Shown here piece by piece: positions 4,679 to 5,980 of a stretch of 5,980 nucleotides of DNA (position 1 is its first letter; each line of letters opens with the position of its first letter). A model generated the notes under the pieces. It searched no databases, was not told where the DNA came from, and worked only from the letters and a program-made list of their open reading frames with translations. Source of the DNA: Nitrososphaerota archaeon (GTDB lineage Archaea > Thermoproteota > Nitrososphaeria_A > Caldarchaeales > Calditenuaceae). The stretch is taken from positions 539-6,518 of the forward strand of contig JAVYLC010000003.1 of the NCBI GenBank assembly GCA_038741355.1. Direction: 5' to 3'. The translations under genes were made by a program, and so were the position numbers.

Positions 4679-5938
4679 ATGCTAGTTTTGGGTGGGGAAG
4701 CCTGGGTTTGTTGGGATGGGTCTAGGCCCAGCAATCCCGGAAAGGCCGGGCTGCAGGGGGAGGGTTTGCCCAAGACTCAGCGACGATTAACACCGGAGGA
4801 GAGGTGTAGACTCTTAGAGGCCCTGAGGATTGGAGTGGAGAGGGGATACGGATACGTCAAGATTTGGAGGATGCTGAGGGAGCGTGGGGTGGATGTGTCA
4901 AGGAGGGCCGTTGAGTACTGGTATCGTAAGTGTTTTCCGGAGAAGGTTAGAAGAGGGGGAGAATACCTACCCAGAGAACTACGGATTAAGTTGTATGAGA
5001 AGGTGTTAGAGCTAAGAAAGGCAGGCCTTGGATACAAGAGAGTAAGTAAGAAGATTAAAGAGCTGTATGGTGTCGCGCTGAGCCCTGCAGTGATTGTTGG
5101 ATGGTGCCGGGGAGTACACACACCATACAACGGTATAAGGATCCCCACGATAGACTTCCTAAAACCATCCCCGAAGCTAGCCTACATAATAGGTGTGGTC
5201 GCCGGGGATGGTTGGGCGGTCAAAAATAGGCGGGAAAGTGGAGGCTATAAGGTTGGTGTCAAGGTGAGGGACATGGATTTCGTAGAGGAGTTCGCGAGAT
5301 GCTTGGGGAGGGTCCTTAGGAGAGAGCCGCCGAAGCCAATATCAGTAAAAGGTGGGTTGCTCGAAGTACGCGTCCAGTCAAAGGCATTGTACCAGCTTTT
5401 ACAGAAACCCATAGACTTTGAGAGGATAGGACGGTTCGTAGAGCACTGCGAAGACTGCAAACGAGGCTTTCTGAGAGGGTTCTTTGATAGTGAGGGTTCT
5501 GTGAATAAAAGAGATGGAGGAATTTATTGCGTCAATACAGATGTCAGACTTCTCGAATACGTCCAGAAATTACTAAGAGCTCTAGGTATTGAGACATCGG
5601 GGCCGAGAATCAATATGAGGAAGGGGGCTGCCCATAAAAGGTGGGGAAGAATAATCATGGCGAGAAAAGATGTATACTGCGTTGAAGTCAGGGCGAAGGA
5701 CAGACTGGAATTCTACAGACGCGTAGGGTTCACCATAAAGCGAAAACAACAAAACCTCGAAGAATACCTCAGAAGACGCGGACTACTAGAGGACAAATCA
5801 CCTAACCAACCATCCCCCACTTATCTCTCAACCCCCCTCACACTGATGATGAAATTGGGGCCGGTGGGAATTGAACCCACGACCTCCGCCGTCTCCCCCT
5901 ACGACCACCGCCGTGTGAGGGCGGCGTCATACCGCTAG
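4679..5938 (+). CDS. Free-standing HTH + double-motif LAGLIDADG (I-DmoI-like) endonuclease, copy 2 (419 aa, intact)
   Basis: The N-terminal region of about 150 aa holds two HTH-like repeats (GYGYVKIWRMLRERGVDVSRRAVEYWYRK and GLGYKRVSKKIKELYGVALSPAVIVGWCRG). Motif 1 is KLAYIIGVVAGDG (about 5177-5212) and motif 2 is FLRGFFDSEGSV (about 5468-5503). The acidic residues at the positions expected to be catalytic are present in both motifs. The core (LEVRVQSKALYQLL...VYCVEVRAKDRLEFYRRVGF) resembles I-DmoI as I recall it. The last 27 or so codons (5856-5938) are antisense to tRNA-Val. Confidence 0.85.
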   Translation: MLVLGGEAWVCWDGSRPSNPGKAGLQGEGLPKTQRRLTPEERCRLLEALRIGVERGYGYVKIWRMLRERGVDVSRRAVEYWYRKCFPEKVRRGGEYLPRELRIKLYEKVLELRKAGLGYKRVSKKIKELYGVALSPAVIVGWCRGVHTPYNGIRIPTIDFLKPSPKLAYIIGVVAGDGWAVKNRRESGGYKVGVKVRDMDFVEEFARCLGRVLRREPPKPISVKGGLLEVRVQSKALYQLLQKPIDFERIGRFVEHCEDCKRGFLRGFFDSEGSVNKRDGGIYCVNTDVRLLEYVQKLLRALGIETSGPRINMRKGAAHKRWGRIIMARKDVYCVEVRAKDRLEFYRRVGFTIKRKQQNLEEYLRRRGLLEDKSPNQPSPTYLSTPLTLMMKLGPVGIEPTTSAVSPYDHRRVRAASYR

Positions 5939-5949
5939 ACCACGGCCCC
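5856..5949 (-). tRNA. tRNA-Val (anticodon CAC) with a 22-nt intron at the canonical 37/38 position
   Basis: The minus strand reads GGGGCCG TG GTCT AGCGGTA TGAC G CCGCC CTCACA [CGGCGGTGGTCGTAGGGGGAGA] C GGCGG AGGTC GTGGG TTCAATT CCCAC CGGCCCC A. This folds into a full cloverleaf of 72 nt after intron removal. The anticodon is at 5917-5915. No CCA is encoded. Confidence 0.9.
5892..5913 (-). other. tRNA-Val intron (22 nt)
   Basis: The anticodon 3' strand CGGCGG occurs twice, at the intron 5' end and at the exon 2 start. Removing 5913-5892 restores a 7-nt anticodon loop CTCACAC closed by CCGCC/GGCGG. Confidence 0.75.
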
Positions 5950-5980
5950 ACTCCTCAGAACCGTATACCCGTGCTGTAAC

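Noticed and set aside
5843-5852. ctgatgatga, resembling tandem C boxes (UGAUGA) of a C/D box sRNA
   Set aside because: No D or D' box (CUGA) lies at the right spacing downstream on the plus strand. The motif falls within the ORF tail directly abutting the tRNA.
1-5980. CRISPR arrays, rRNA genes, IS-type terminal inverted repeats
   Set aside because: No regularly spaced direct repeats, no rRNA-like segments, and no inverted repeats flanking the LAGLIDADG genes could be found by eye. The 5' boundary of copy 1 lies outside the window, so element ends cannot be fully assessed.

Overview
The window looks like a chromosomal segment from a hyperthermophilic archaeon, most likely a crenarchaeote. 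The evidence is an Alba chromatin protein, an archaeal-type class II AspRS, an intron-containing tRNA, AT-rich TATA-like boxes about 25-35 nt upstream of the preferred start codons, and I-DmoI-like LAGLIDADG genes. A minus-strand housekeeping block runs: PIG-L/LmbE deacetylase, Alba, a Cys-cluster/KH-like RNA-binding protein, AspRS, and a small ORF translationally coupled to AspRS. Two diverged plus-strand paralogues bracket this block. Each has an N-terminal tandem helix-turn-helix (HTH) region fused to a double-motif LAGLIDADG endonuclease. Copy 1 (1-1028) is cut by the window edge and carries a 1-nt frameshift. Copy 2 (4679-5938) is intact, and its 3' tail reads antisense through an intron-containing tRNA-Val(CAC). 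The most interesting items are this free-standing HTH-LAGLIDADG family, whose 3' ends butt against the 3' ends of minus-strand genes; an orphan tRNA 3' half at 4409-4468 with no detectable 5' half; and a conserved-looking gene that has only a CTG at its expected start. No CRISPR array, rRNA or classical transposase was seen. All homology statements rest on motif recognition by eye and recalled family sequences, not on database searches.
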